Virus record (IMG/VR): IMGVR_UViG_3300005544_000020 | Span: 160,001 to 224,000 of that record | Strand: one strand, 5' to 3' | DNA: 64,000 nt | DNA from: a virus | Taxonomy: Duplodnaviria; Caudoviricetes | Shown here: in pieces, positions 25,513 to 34,136 of the stretch | How positions within the stretch are numbered: the first letter of the stretch is position 1 | Layout of the letters: every line of letters starts with the position of its first letter | Program-made: the position numbers and the translations under genes | Notes under the pieces: generated by a model | Seen by the model: the letters and a program-made list of their open reading frames with translations, nothing else | What the model was told of the DNA's origin: nothing | Database searches by the model: none

Positions 25513-25672
25513 CGTGAGCCTTATGCTACGGCGTGGGCTTGAGAGGAAGTACCTGAGTTACTCACGCCGGCGAAGGCGCCGGCGGTTGTGACGAGTCCTC
25601 AAGACACTCTTTCAAGAACAGTGGAAATGCAATCCATCGTTGATGACCGCACGCCGTAGCATAAGGCTCACG
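25513..25672. repeat. perfect 23-bp inverted repeat enclosing a 114-nt multi-hairpin core (candidate structured ncRNA)
   Basis: CGTGAGCCTTATGCTACGGCGTG (25513-25535) and its exact reverse complement (25650-25672). Confidence 0.75.
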
Positions 25673-25765
25673 ATGACTTCTCTTCCTGCATCGGAACAGG
25701 GCAAAACACGACTTCTTCTCAACTTCACGCGATTGAACCCAGTTTACCGGATCTAGGAAGGCTGA

Positions 25766-26209
25766 TCAAGGAGTCCTGATGGTGGGATGACCAGGATGGG
25801 TATCGGTCCAGTGCGCATGATCCTGCGTTAGTTCGGCCTTCTGATAGTCGGAGAGATTCGGGGCGCCGCATTCCACAAATCCCGACTGGACCGCCTTCCG
25901 GAAGTTTTCTCTAACCTCGCGCAACTCGGTTCTGACGCTGGTCATGGCTTCGCGAGTCGGAGTTCCTTTCAGCAGTTTGGAGATCTTCTGGACTCCCTCG
26001 CCGATCCTTTTCACTTCTTCGGGAGACGTCTTCAGATTCTTCTTGAGCGCCCCAAGACTATCTTTGATTTCGCCGAGCGCGCCGCGGCTCTTGAATAGAT
26101 CGATGTCCTCGGTGATATCCACCTCGATATGGAGCTCGTTGAGCGCCTGGCCGATCCGGCCGATGGCGATTCCCTTCCTGAGACAGCTCACCTTCATGTT
26201 CACCATCAT
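25766..26209 (-). CDS. helical hypothetical protein
   Basis: ATGA overlap with upstream gene. Confidence 0.55.
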   Translation of the reverse strand: MMVNMKVSCLRKGIAIGRIGQALNELHIEVDITEDIDLFKSRGALGEIKDSLGALKKNLKTSPEEVKRIGEGVQKISKLLKGTPTREAMTSVRTELREVRENFRKAVQSGFVECGAPNLSDYQKAELTQDHAHWTDTHPGHPTIRTP

Positions 26210-26757
26210 GCCACCAGGAAAGTAGCTCCGACGATCGCAAGAACGCCCAGGACCATGGGCAGCACGGGAGAGCTTTCTTCGGTCTTCTCTTCAACGAAGG
26301 CTGGAAGCTCCATTGGAACGTCCTTCGGCGGCCGCGGCGTCGACGCGCGCTTGATTCTCTTCATTTCCAGAAGAGCTTGGCCTTCACCTTCCTCCGGCCG
26401 ACGCTTGCCGCAGGTCTTGACCACGACCTGGGCGACGGACTTGAGCTCCGATCTGGCCGCCGCTAAGTTTTCTGCCGCCTTCTCCTTGTTGAAGCCGAAG
26501 CCGCTTTCGACTTCCTTGTATTCCTGCAGTTTCGCAAGAATGATCTTCAGTTGGGGACGGACGGTTGTCTGAAGTTTCTCGAGCTGCCGGGCGGCATCGT
26601 AAGCGGCTTCTGCGCCTGGACGCACAGCGTAGGCGGGAGACCATTTCTTTTCGTTTCCAAGGCCTCGCTCAAAGGATGCAAGGCCCGCCGCCATCCGACC
26701 TAAGAGGATGCCGCTCGCCATACAGCGGGCAGGCGTGTAGACATCCTTCTTAGCCAT
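26206..26757 (-). CDS. helical protein with C-terminal TM anchor
   Basis: VLPMVLGVLAIVGATFLVA C-terminus. Confidence 0.6.
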   Translation of the reverse strand: MAKKDVYTPARCMASGILLGRMAAGLASFERGLGNEKKWSPAYAVRPGAEAAYDAARQLEKLQTTVRPQLKIILAKLQEYKEVESGFGFNKEKAAENLAAARSELKSVAQVVVKTCGKRRPEEGEGQALLEMKRIKRASTPRPPKDVPMELPAFVEEKTEESSPVLPMVLGVLAIVGATFLVA

Positions 26758-27221
26758 CAGGCAGCCGGAACGGCCTCGTAACCAGGGACCTTGCCCTTCA
26801 CGGCCTGGATCGCCTTCACCATGGCCATGAAACGCTCAGGGTCGAACTCCATGGACTGGAGCGCAACCGCCGTCGGGAGATCGAAGAGGATCGTGCCGCG
26901 CTCCGTTAGGAAGGCCCGGTTCTCTCCGTCCTCGTAGATCATCTCGGCGCCTTGCCGGAGGCGGTCCAGGCGGATCTTCTTGGCCTCGTCCGCGATGAAC
27001 TCGATGGTGTCGGCGTCCGCCAGATGTTCAGGATGCTCGTTGTAGTAGAGCGTCCAGCAGTCCCCGCACCAATAGCGCCCCTGATAGGGGCCAGCCTGGA
27101 ATGGATCGCCGGCTGGGATGCCCGACTGAGGCACCTTCACCGGCGCCTCGCAGATGCCGCACCCGCGTTTTGCAGCGTTGATTTTGATCAGCGGAGTCTT
27201 GGGATCATCCAAAGGAAGCAT
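26757..27221 (-). CDS. zinc-binding hypothetical protein
   Basis: CGIC...WCGDC. Confidence 0.6.
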   Translation of the reverse strand: MLPLDDPKTPLIKINAAKRGCGICEAPVKVPQSGIPAGDPFQAGPYQGRYWCGDCWTLYYNEHPEHLADADTIEFIADEAKKIRLDRLRQGAEMIYEDGENRAFLTERGTILFDLPTAVALQSMEFDPERFMAMVKAIQAVKGKVPGYEAVPAA

Positions 27222-27835
27222 CAGAGGCCTTCACGCAGGAAGTACTTGGTTTCTTGCTCATGTTCGGTATCGCTCGGACAGGAACGACGCCGGCGCTGGA
27301 TCTCGATGAAGACGTCTGCGGCCGCCCGGGCATCGACGATCGCCCGATGGGAAGTTTCCGACTTGAGTCCGAAGAAGGCGATGGCTTCAGAAAGCTTGGG
27401 ATATTTAGGGGAACCGTTATAGCGTGTTTCCAGGGCTCCCTCGGCTTCCATGATCTCCATGGCCATCAGCATGATGCAATCACCCCAGCGATTGATCGGG
27501 GTGTTCCAGGGATCCTGTCTCAGGAATTGGCTGTCAAAAATGTTGTTGAAAGAGTGAAGCGTCGCTCCCCGGTGCCTCTCCACAAGCGCCTGGAAGCCCT
27601 CTGCCGCCTCCTGCGACCTCGGGGCGTCCTTGAGGTCCTCCGCGGTCAGTTTATTCACTGCCATGGCCTCTGGATGCGCTTTAGCCAGGGCCTCCCTGCC
27701 GGGATTGACGAGGGTGCCCCAACGCTCGATCTCAACGAGGTCTTGATCTAAGACGATGGCAGCTACCTCCACGATCTTGGAATTATAGGGATTGCGCCCT
27801 GTCGTTTCAACGTCTGGAATAATGAATTTTAGCAC
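27221..27835 (-). CDS. DEDDh 3'-5' exonuclease (DnaQ-like)
   Basis: PDVETTG, FNNIFD, HRAIVDA. Confidence 0.85.
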   Translation of the reverse strand: MLKFIIPDVETTGRNPYNSKIVEVAAIVLDQDLVEIERWGTLVNPGREALAKAHPEAMAVNKLTAEDLKDAPRSQEAAEGFQALVERHRGATLHSFNNIFDSQFLRQDPWNTPINRWGDCIMLMAMEIMEAEGALETRYNGSPKYPKLSEAIAFFGLKSETSHRAIVDARAAADVFIEIQRRRRSCPSDTEHEQETKYFLREGL

Positions 27836-27876
27836 GCTGGTCCCCGCTCTACCCATTGTAACCCATATATTTCGGA

Positions 27877-27904
27877 TTGACTAAGGAATCTTCGGCGTTA
27901 TACT
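27877..27904 (+). promoter_or_regulatory. plus-strand sigma70 promoter (only one found on this strand)
   Basis: TTGACT-N16-TATACT. Confidence 0.55.
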
Positions 27905-27910
27905 TATAGT

Positions 27911-28022
27911 GCGATCGGGAGGCAGAACTCGGCGCCCTTGCGGGGTACCGAATTCTGTTTCCCCCTCTCTCCAGGGCCAGGCCGTCGAGAAGTAAAACTC
28001 GGTGGCCTGGCTCCTTTTATTT
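27911..28022 (+). ncRNA. candidate small RNA with two hairpins and intrinsic terminator
   Basis: Stem 27917-27932/27948-27963 and stem 27977-27989/27998-28010, each with G-U pairs that become mismatches on the minus strand; followed by CUCCUUUUAUUU. Confidence 0.55.
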
Positions 28023-28817
28023 CTAGACCGCTAGAGCCTGCGGAAACTCCTGAACCTGTAGATCCAGAGGCCATTCCGTCGAGTCCTTCCCTGCTATGTC
28101 CTTGCAATGCATCTCACGCGCCAAGACCGTGCCTTTCTGCTTGAAGTGGAAGGAAGCACCGGTCTCGCGACACTGTTTGAGGATGTCCCGGGCCCAGCCC
28201 GCATCCATCCGGCGCGCACCATGACCGCTTTCGCCGCCGACGACGGCCCAGCGCAGTCGATCAGGAGCCAGCCAGCGGCGGAGATCCAGAGGCCCCATGA
28301 GCGGCTCAGCCGAAAGCCAGTGGCAGACGGCTGGCACCTCGAGCAGCTCCGGGATCCGCTCATCGGCCCAGACCTGATTCGCCGCCGTCACACCGAGCCA
28401 GACGTTCGGCCGCGGATTCTTGATCCATTCCGGCGGCAGCATGGTCTTGTAGTTCTTATGCCGTTTCGTGAGCAGGAGCCAGATCAGATTCTCCGTCTGC
28501 TCGATCAGAGGCCATAGCCGGGCCCGGCCTCCGTCGAGATCCCGGCGGTCTTCCAGGATGTCCGACATCGAAGCACAGAAGACGTAGGCTTTCGTGCCTG
28601 CCTTCGCCGCCGCCCGGTTCCAGCGCAGCGGATCATTCCAGTAATGATCGCCGTTCATCTTGCGGGGAGCCTTCTCACCCCACAGCTCATGCCCGAGCCG
28701 CTTGCTGAAGTCCCTCGCATAGCAATGGGAACAGGCGGGATCCTCCGGGACTTCATCGCACCCCCACCAAGGAGAGAAGGTATGATCGGTCCACGAAATC
28801 TTGCTGTCCTTACCCAT
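28023..28817 (-). CDS. phage Gp37/Gp68 (DUF5131) family protein
   Basis: SKISWTDHTFSPWWGC...CSHCYA, FCASMSD, LLLTKR, SAEPL, VVGGESG. Confidence 0.85.
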   Translation of the reverse strand: MGKDSKISWTDHTFSPWWGCDEVPEDPACSHCYARDFSKRLGHELWGEKAPRKMNGDHYWNDPLRWNRAAAKAGTKAYVFCASMSDILEDRRDLDGGRARLWPLIEQTENLIWLLLTKRHKNYKTMLPPEWIKNPRPNVWLGVTAANQVWADERIPELLEVPAVCHWLSAEPLMGPLDLRRWLAPDRLRWAVVGGESGHGARRMDAGWARDILKQCRETGASFHFKQKGTVLAREMHCKDIAGKDSTEWPLDLQVQEFPQALAV

Positions 28818-28819
28818 GG

Positions 28820-29059
28820 CTACTCTTCCTCATCGTCATCTTCGGGGAATGGATCGTCCACGATCAGCGTGCTTGAGGCCCGGTTTACCTGTAGAAGATA
28901 CCCGCCCTTCTTCAGATAGGCAACGAGCTGATCGCATTCCTCTTTGGAATGGACTTTCGCAGTCACCTGATCGAGGCACTTGTCATGTGGCGAATTCTTC
29001 CGAGCCTCGATGACGTACATCAGATGGCTCTTGGTCTCGTCGGGCTTATATTCGCTCAT
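28820..29059 (-). CDS. hypothetical protein
   Basis: ATGA overlap start. Confidence 0.5.
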   Translation of the reverse strand: MSEYKPDETKSHLMYVIEARKNSPHDKCLDQVTAKVHSKEECDQLVAYLKKGGYLLQVNRASSTLIVDDPFPEDDDEEE

Positions 29060-30867
29060 GCAAGTACCGGGCTCGCAAGGATCGTCCAGGCCGACAGCTT
29101 CACATGCTGCTTCCACTCGTTGGTACCGTACTCGATCATCTCCGAGGTATGGAGGCGGCTGAGATCGTTCAGGAACGTCCCGCTGACGGTCTTCTGCAGC
29201 TTCTCCGCGAGCTCCTCTCGACCGATCCACTTCGGGAATACCGTCCGGCAGGCCTTGAGGATCGCCTGCTGCGGCCCGGTGACGGCGCTCAGGACCTGAC
29301 TGAAGACGCCGTCCGGCGTCACCTGCCACTGAACCTTGGGAGCGTTTCTCAGCCCATCGTTCGTGAGGATGACGGCCTTCTCATTCGAGGGCGTCGTGTA
29401 GTACTCGACCAGATGCAACGTCTTCAGCCGCGAGAGGTCGTTCAGGAAGCTGCCCGTCACCTTCTTCCCCAGCCATCCGGCAAGCTGTGGCCGCGAGACA
29501 TGATCAATGTCGATCGCGTTGAACTCTCGGAGAGCCCGCAGCATTGCGATCTGAGGTCTGGAAAGAGGCTCTCCATCAGATTGAAGTTCCCCTTCCGGCT
29601 GATCATCATCAGAAGCGTCCGGCGCCGGCATCCGTGCGATCCGTCCTTCATCCGCGATCACGGGGGTGCGGCGGGCATTTTCCTGAGCTTCGACTGCATC
29701 ATTCAAATCCTTGCTCAGCTTCCCGCACCAGTTGTCGATCTCTGCCTTCATCTCGAGAAGCTTGTCGAACCTGCCGGCAGCCCGTTCGATGTTCCAGACG
29801 ACCTGGTGGACCGCCTTGATGGTCTTCGCGTCGACGGCGGGGATCTCTACGACCTTTTCTACCGCCTTCTCGACGGTCACGGTCACCGTCTTCTCGGTCA
29901 GCTTCCGCTCCGCGACGGTCAGGCGGCCCTTCAGATTCGCGATCTCCTGCCGGAGCTCCTCCTCGGTCCGAGCCTTGTTCTCGGCATGAACCGGGATATC
30001 GGCAAGTTGAGGAAGCAGGTGCTTGATGGACTCCGGCGTCGGCGGGATCATCGCCGCGGCCGGCGTCCCGGGCTCCGGATGGGTCGTCAAGACCGGTCCT
30101 ACGTGCAGCAGCTTTCGGTCGGTGGCGACAGCCTGGCCGAAGGCCCAGAAATGGCCGGGCTTCATTTGCTTGAGACCAAGTTCGAACTCCGCGCGGTCGG
30201 CCCGGCGCACGGACATGAGATCCACGGCCCGGTCGACGTCCAGGTCCTCGATCGTCCGGCCGATGAACCGGTTGAGGAGCTCGGCGCTCGCGTTCTTCGA
30301 CAGTTTCCCCAGGCGCTGAGTGGCGTAGACGGCACAGAAGCCGCGCTTCCGGCCGTCCGTAGCCAGGTCGATCATCGAGCTGTAGGCTTCGCTTTCGCCC
30401 ATGCCGCGCTCGGGGCAGAGACGATGAGCTTCGTCCACCATGACCACGACGGGGTGCCAGAGCGTCTTCGGCGCGTTCATCAGCGCATCGAGGAAGTTCT
30501 TGGCCCAGGTATGGCGATCAGGCTCCTTCAGATCGTACAGATCGAAGATGGCGGAGGCCCCATTCTCGAGGAGCGTATAGCACAGCATCTCGGCCGTCCG
30601 CGGATCGGTGGGTGTTTCGCCATTCTTGCCGGCCTGGACGTATCCGAAGCGTTCGCGGAGGGTCCCGAATTCGCCTTCGCGGTCGATGATGAAGGTCTGG
30701 ACCTTGTCGAAGAGCTGTTCCGCTAGGCGCCGGAGGGTTCGGCTCTTGCCGCCGCCGGAGGAAGCTTGAACGAGGCAGCGGGTAGTGAGGAAGGTCTTGA
30801 GGTCGATTTCGACGGGAGCGCTATCGGTCCCGTTCCCGATGATGATATTTCCAAGAGCCTTGCCCAA
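29056..30867 (-). CDS. HerA/DUF87-like P-loop ATPase with coiled coil and two C-terminal wHTH-like repeats
   Basis: ASSGGGKS, IIDREGEF, MVDEAH, GRKRG, ATQR; FLNDLSRL twice. Confidence 0.75.
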   Translation of the reverse strand: MGKALGNIIIGNGTDSAPVEIDLKTFLTTRCLVQASSGGGKSRTLRRLAEQLFDKVQTFIIDREGEFGTLRERFGYVQAGKNGETPTDPRTAEMLCYTLLENGASAIFDLYDLKEPDRHTWAKNFLDALMNAPKTLWHPVVVMVDEAHRLCPERGMGESEAYSSMIDLATDGRKRGFCAVYATQRLGKLSKNASAELLNRFIGRTIEDLDVDRAVDLMSVRRADRAEFELGLKQMKPGHFWAFGQAVATDRKLLHVGPVLTTHPEPGTPAAAMIPPTPESIKHLLPQLADIPVHAENKARTEEELRQEIANLKGRLTVAERKLTEKTVTVTVEKAVEKVVEIPAVDAKTIKAVHQVVWNIERAAGRFDKLLEMKAEIDNWCGKLSKDLNDAVEAQENARRTPVIADEGRIARMPAPDASDDDQPEGELQSDGEPLSRPQIAMLRALREFNAIDIDHVSRPQLAGWLGKKVTGSFLNDLSRLKTLHLVEYYTTPSNEKAVILTNDGLRNAPKVQWQVTPDGVFSQVLSAVTGPQQAILKACRTVFPKWIGREELAEKLQKTVSGTFLNDLSRLHTSEMIEYGTNEWKQHVKLSAWTILASPVLA

Positions 30868-30885
30868 TAATCCTCCTCAACTAAC

Positions 30886-31329
30886 TCAGCCGGTCACGAG
30901 ACTGTCCATGGACCAGAAGTTTCTCAGGCCATAGCAGGTATAGCGGGCCGTCGCACGCCGCTGCTTCCCGGAGATTTCCGCGATCTGGAATACATAGCCG
31001 AAACCATGCTTGGGGAAGTTCTCCCGATCTGGACCGTCTACTCGTACTAGACCGAGACCGCATTCCTGTGCCCAGGTTTGGGCATCCTTCCTGAGAGTAT
31101 CAAGATCAACCGGAGGGATTTCTTCAGGAACCCGATGAATGATGGTATCCACAACGGCTGCAGCGGCAGCAATCACCGGTTTCTCCTTCCTCTTCCTGGG
31201 TTTCCTGGGCTTCTTATCCGGCGCGATGCAATTTTGACAGCGAAGCTGTGAAGAATCAACAGCATCCCGAATGAGCGTCCCCTTCTCGACTTCCAGTCCG
31301 CATCCTTCGCATTTTTCGACTTCAGCCAC
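30886..31329 (-). CDS. zinc-ribbon hypothetical protein
   Basis: CEGC...CQNC. Confidence 0.55.
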   Translation of the reverse strand: MAEVEKCEGCGLEVEKGTLIRDAVDSSQLRCQNCIAPDKKPRKPRKRKEKPVIAAAAAVVDTIIHRVPEEIPPVDLDTLRKDAQTWAQECGLGLVRVDGPDRENFPKHGFGYVFQIAEISGKQRRATARYTCYGLRNFWSMDSLVTG

Positions 31330-31331
31330 GG

Positions 31332-31637
31332 CTATCCTTCGATCACATAGAGCATCGGAGGGCCTTGGAGTCCCAGCTTCAAACTGGCGGCGAGCTCCTT
31401 GAGAGCCTGCTGCTCCTGGGCATCCGGGATCTGGATGCCGGCGTATTCCTGGCCGTTTCGGATATCAACCGTTCCCAGATGTCGTCCGACGAAGGAGGTC
31501 TTGCCGTTCATCGTCATCGTGAGCGTGATGCCGGCATTCAGGGCATCCTCGCCCTTCTCCATCATCATGCTGTTCCGGATCTCGTCGGAGACCTGCCAGC
31601 CGTGAACCAGGTACAGATTCTTCGGGATCGGCATCAT
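31332..31637 (-). CDS. hypothetical protein
   Basis: Operon packing. Confidence 0.55.
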   Translation of the reverse strand: MMPIPKNLYLVHGWQVSDEIRNSMMMEKGEDALNAGITLTMTMNGKTSFVGRHLGTVDIRNGQEYAGIQIPDAQEQQALKELAASLKLGLQGPPMLYVIEG

Positions 31638-31909
31638 AGGCACACGTATTCCTGATCTGGATCTCCACCTGGCCGGCGACGGCCTGATTTAGGTTCGCGC
31701 ATCCAGCCCTTAGGCTCTTTTTCCTTCGTAGGATCCCACCGATAGAGTTCGCGCACGGCGACCTCAGGATCGTCGTATCACCAGCCTTGGTCGTAGGTCA
31801 TGAGATCGCCCGGCCCCAGGCAGAGCCGCGCCCGGCCGAACGTCAGGGGCACGACCGCGAGAGCCCGACCATCAGGCAGCATCCGTACCGCCAGGAATTC
31901 GTCGCTCAT
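31634..31909 (-). CDS. 91-aa protein with in-frame UGA at codon 44 (possible selenoprotein or readthrough)
   Basis: MSDEF...TYDQGW-UGA-YDDPEVAVRELYRWDPTKEKEPKGWMREPKSGRRRPGGDPDQEYVCL; final TGA overlaps next ATG. Confidence 0.6.
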
Positions 31910-32208
31910 AGAAGCTGTCCCTGGGCTACTTCGAAGTGCTTTGGCCTGCTCCAGCAGCCGCATTCGGAACCATGGCTCTGCAGGCAGGCCTCGAACTCCT
32001 TCTTCTGGACTGAATCCTGGGCCTTCTTCGCCACCTCGAGGTATTCGGCGCTCGGGCTCTTGTCGACTTCCTGCCCGTTCCGGTAATGGCGCCAGATGAG
32101 CCTTCGAAGATCTGCAGGTACCATCGTCCAGTGCTTGTAGCACATGAAAAGGTCCGGCCTTACCGGAATACCGCAGTATCGGGCATGACAGAAGTGTGGA
32201 GTATCCAT
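31906..32208 (-). CDS. zinc-binding hypothetical protein
   Basis: CHARYC...MCYKHW. Confidence 0.6.
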   Translation of the reverse strand: MDTPHFCHARYCGIPVRPDLFMCYKHWTMVPADLRRLIWRHYRNGQEVDKSPSAEYLEVAKKAQDSVQKKEFEACLQSHGSECGCWSRPKHFEVAQGQLL

Positions 32209-32214
32209 TATTGG

Positions 32215-32469
32215 TTAAACGAAGTCGTCCTCATCGATTGCCTCGTCCTCGGTGTCATCCGACCCCTTGTCTTCCTCTTCATGCTCTCCAAAATGTTTAT
32301 CGTAGAGTTCCGCGAGCCTCGTCTTGTCCCTGGGCTTGAGCTTGCTGCCGGCCCGCAGCGCCTTCAGCACCCTTTCCAGGAGATCCGCATTGTCGCTCGA
32401 CAAGGTCTTCTCCATCTCATCGAGTTCCTCCGCCTTCTCCAGGTCGCTTTTCCCCTTCTCTTCCGTCAT
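32215..32469 (-). CDS. acidic hypothetical protein
   Basis: SD GGAGAGG. Confidence 0.55.
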   Translation of the reverse strand: MTEEKGKSDLEKAEELDEMEKTLSSDNADLLERVLKALRAGSKLKPRDKTRLAELYDKHFGEHEEEDKGSDDTEDEAIDEDDFV

Positions 32470-32489
32470 GATCCTCTCCCCTCAACCCG

Positions 32490-32921
32490 TCACTTCCACT
32501 TCCCGAACCCCTTTTCGAGTCGAGCCCTCAGATTGCTCGGGATCCAGGCAAACATTCCCGTCTGGACGAAGCTCACACCCTCATGAGCCTGCGGGATCGG
32601 CCCGACCACCTTCTCCAGCTCCTTGATCGCGAGATCGACGCCCTTTAGGCCCGACATCACGTCGGCCATGATGTACGCCGCCTTCTGGAGATCGTTCATC
32701 CGTTTCCAGAGCGAAGGAACATGCTTGCGCAACACCGACAGGCTCTTGGAGAACCGGACCTCTCCAAATTCCTTGAGTTGGCGGACGTCCAGGCCCAGAT
32801 CGACCACGTCCTCACGCCGGAAGAACTCGTGGTCGACTGTGTACGACAGCCGATACAGCCGTTCGACTTCTTCCTTGCTCGGGTGCTTCGTCCCCGGCCA
32901 GGCTTCCTTGATCTCATTCAT
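32490..32921 (-). CDS. hypothetical protein
   Basis: ATGA overlap. Confidence 0.55.
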   Translation of the reverse strand: MNEIKEAWPGTKHPSKEEVERLYRLSYTVDHEFFRREDVVDLGLDVRQLKEFGEVRFSKSLSVLRKHVPSLWKRMNDLQKAAYIMADVMSGLKGVDLAIKELEKVVGPIPQAHEGVSFVQTGMFAWIPSNLRARLEKGFGKWK

Positions 32922-33739
32922 GATGGAAGTTTACCTAGAGAAGCGAAAGAAGTACCAACCTGTTTTAGCTGGATGGCGTCGGCCTTCAGTCTGGAGGCCT
33001 TGAATTCGATGTCGGCGGCCAGACGCTCGATCTCGCTGATATCCCTGGAATCCTTGAAGTTCGCCACCATCTTGACCGCCTCACCCATGCGCTCGCCATT
33101 CCACATGGTGATCTTGATGCCGCTCGCTTCCTCGAAGGCCTCGACCTCCCGCTTCAGGCTCTGATGTTCGCGGGTTGAGATCTCGAAGTCTTCCTTGAAA
33201 CGTCGTTCCGCTTCCTTCTCGGCCTGGGCCTTGGCCTTCTTGACGAATTCGTCCTTGTTGATCGCCTCGACGGCCCTTTGCCGTTCGCGCTCGGCCATTT
33301 CGTTCGCCCGGCGCAGCATGGCACCCATGAACGTCCGATCGGGCATCATCGCCTTCAGCTTCTTCGGACGTTTTACGACTTCCAGGTTATCCCCGGTGTG
33401 CACGTAGAGTCCCCAGCCAGCCGGCACTTCTTCCGGCTTGGCGACCGCTTCATTTCCGATCACGAGCCACCAATAGTCGCAGTACTTGGCGACATGCTCG
33501 GCCTTGGCTGGATCCTTCAACTCCTTGAGCCAGTCCTGGCGGTTCAGCTTGAACTCGAATCCTTGAATATCGAGACCGCGGCTCGGAAAGAGCCCCATCG
33601 CAATCGCATCCGCGTATCCGTTCATGGTCTTGCCCATGCCGCTCGCTACTTCGAAGAGGAGAGCATACTGCGGAAGCGGATACTGCTTGCGAAGAGCCCT
33701 GCTCAGAGTAGACCCAGACTCGTGATCGATTCGCGCCAT
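32918..33739 (-). CDS. MmcB-like PD-(D/E)XK nuclease-fold protein with coiled-coil tail
   Basis: ADAIAM...GFEFKLNRQDWLKELKDP.K...CDYWWLV. Confidence 0.6.
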   Translation of the reverse strand: MARIDHESGSTLSRALRKQYPLPQYALLFEVASGMGKTMNGYADAIAMGLFPSRGLDIQGFEFKLNRQDWLKELKDPAKAEHVAKYCDYWWLVIGNEAVAKPEEVPAGWGLYVHTGDNLEVVKRPKKLKAMMPDRTFMGAMLRRANEMAERERQRAVEAINKDEFVKKAKAQAEKEAERRFKEDFEISTREHQSLKREVEAFEEASGIKITMWNGERMGEAVKMVANFKDSRDISEIERLAADIEFKASRLKADAIQLKQVGTSFASLGKLPS

Positions 33740-33754
33740 GCCCTCTCCCTGGAC

Positions 33755-34117
33755 TTAGATGGCCGCCCCGATGACGACCGCTTCGCCCGCGCGACGCATG
33801 ATGGCGAGGGCCTCATCCCGATCCTCGGCCTTGTCGTACGAGATGCTTTCCGCCACGACCTGGTGATTCGCCGCCCGGAGCCGGAAGCCGAACTTGCCGT
33901 CCGTCGGAGTCGTCTTCTCGTAGCGCTGCTCGATGTTGGCGTTTTCCTTCACGTTCCGGATGCCCTCGTAGGCCGTCTCCTTGATCGTGGTGCCCTTGGA
34001 GATCACGATCTCCTTTCCGTCGGCGCCCACGTACTTCCAGTGGATCAGGCTGTTGGGACCGAGGTACATCTCGAACTTGGGTGCGCCCTTCTTGGCGGTA
34101 GTCTGGGGGGTCGACAT
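33755..34117 (-). CDS. YegP/DUF1508 (UPF0339) family protein, duplicated domain
   Basis: FGFRLRAANHQVVAESISY repeat pattern. Confidence 0.7.
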   Translation of the reverse strand: MSTPQTTAKKGAPKFEMYLGPNSLIHWKYVGADGKEIVISKGTTIKETAYEGIRNVKENANIEQRYEKTTPTDGKFGFRLRAANHQVVAESISYDKAEDRDEALAIMRRAGEAVVIGAAI

Positions 34118-34136
34118 GCAGCTTCTCCTTGAAAAA

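Noticed and set aside
25600-25710. Hammerhead ribozyme (GAAA...TTGATGA) or c-di-GMP riboswitch (ACAGGGCAAA) matches
   Set aside because: Required stems and the remaining conserved core nucleotides are missing.
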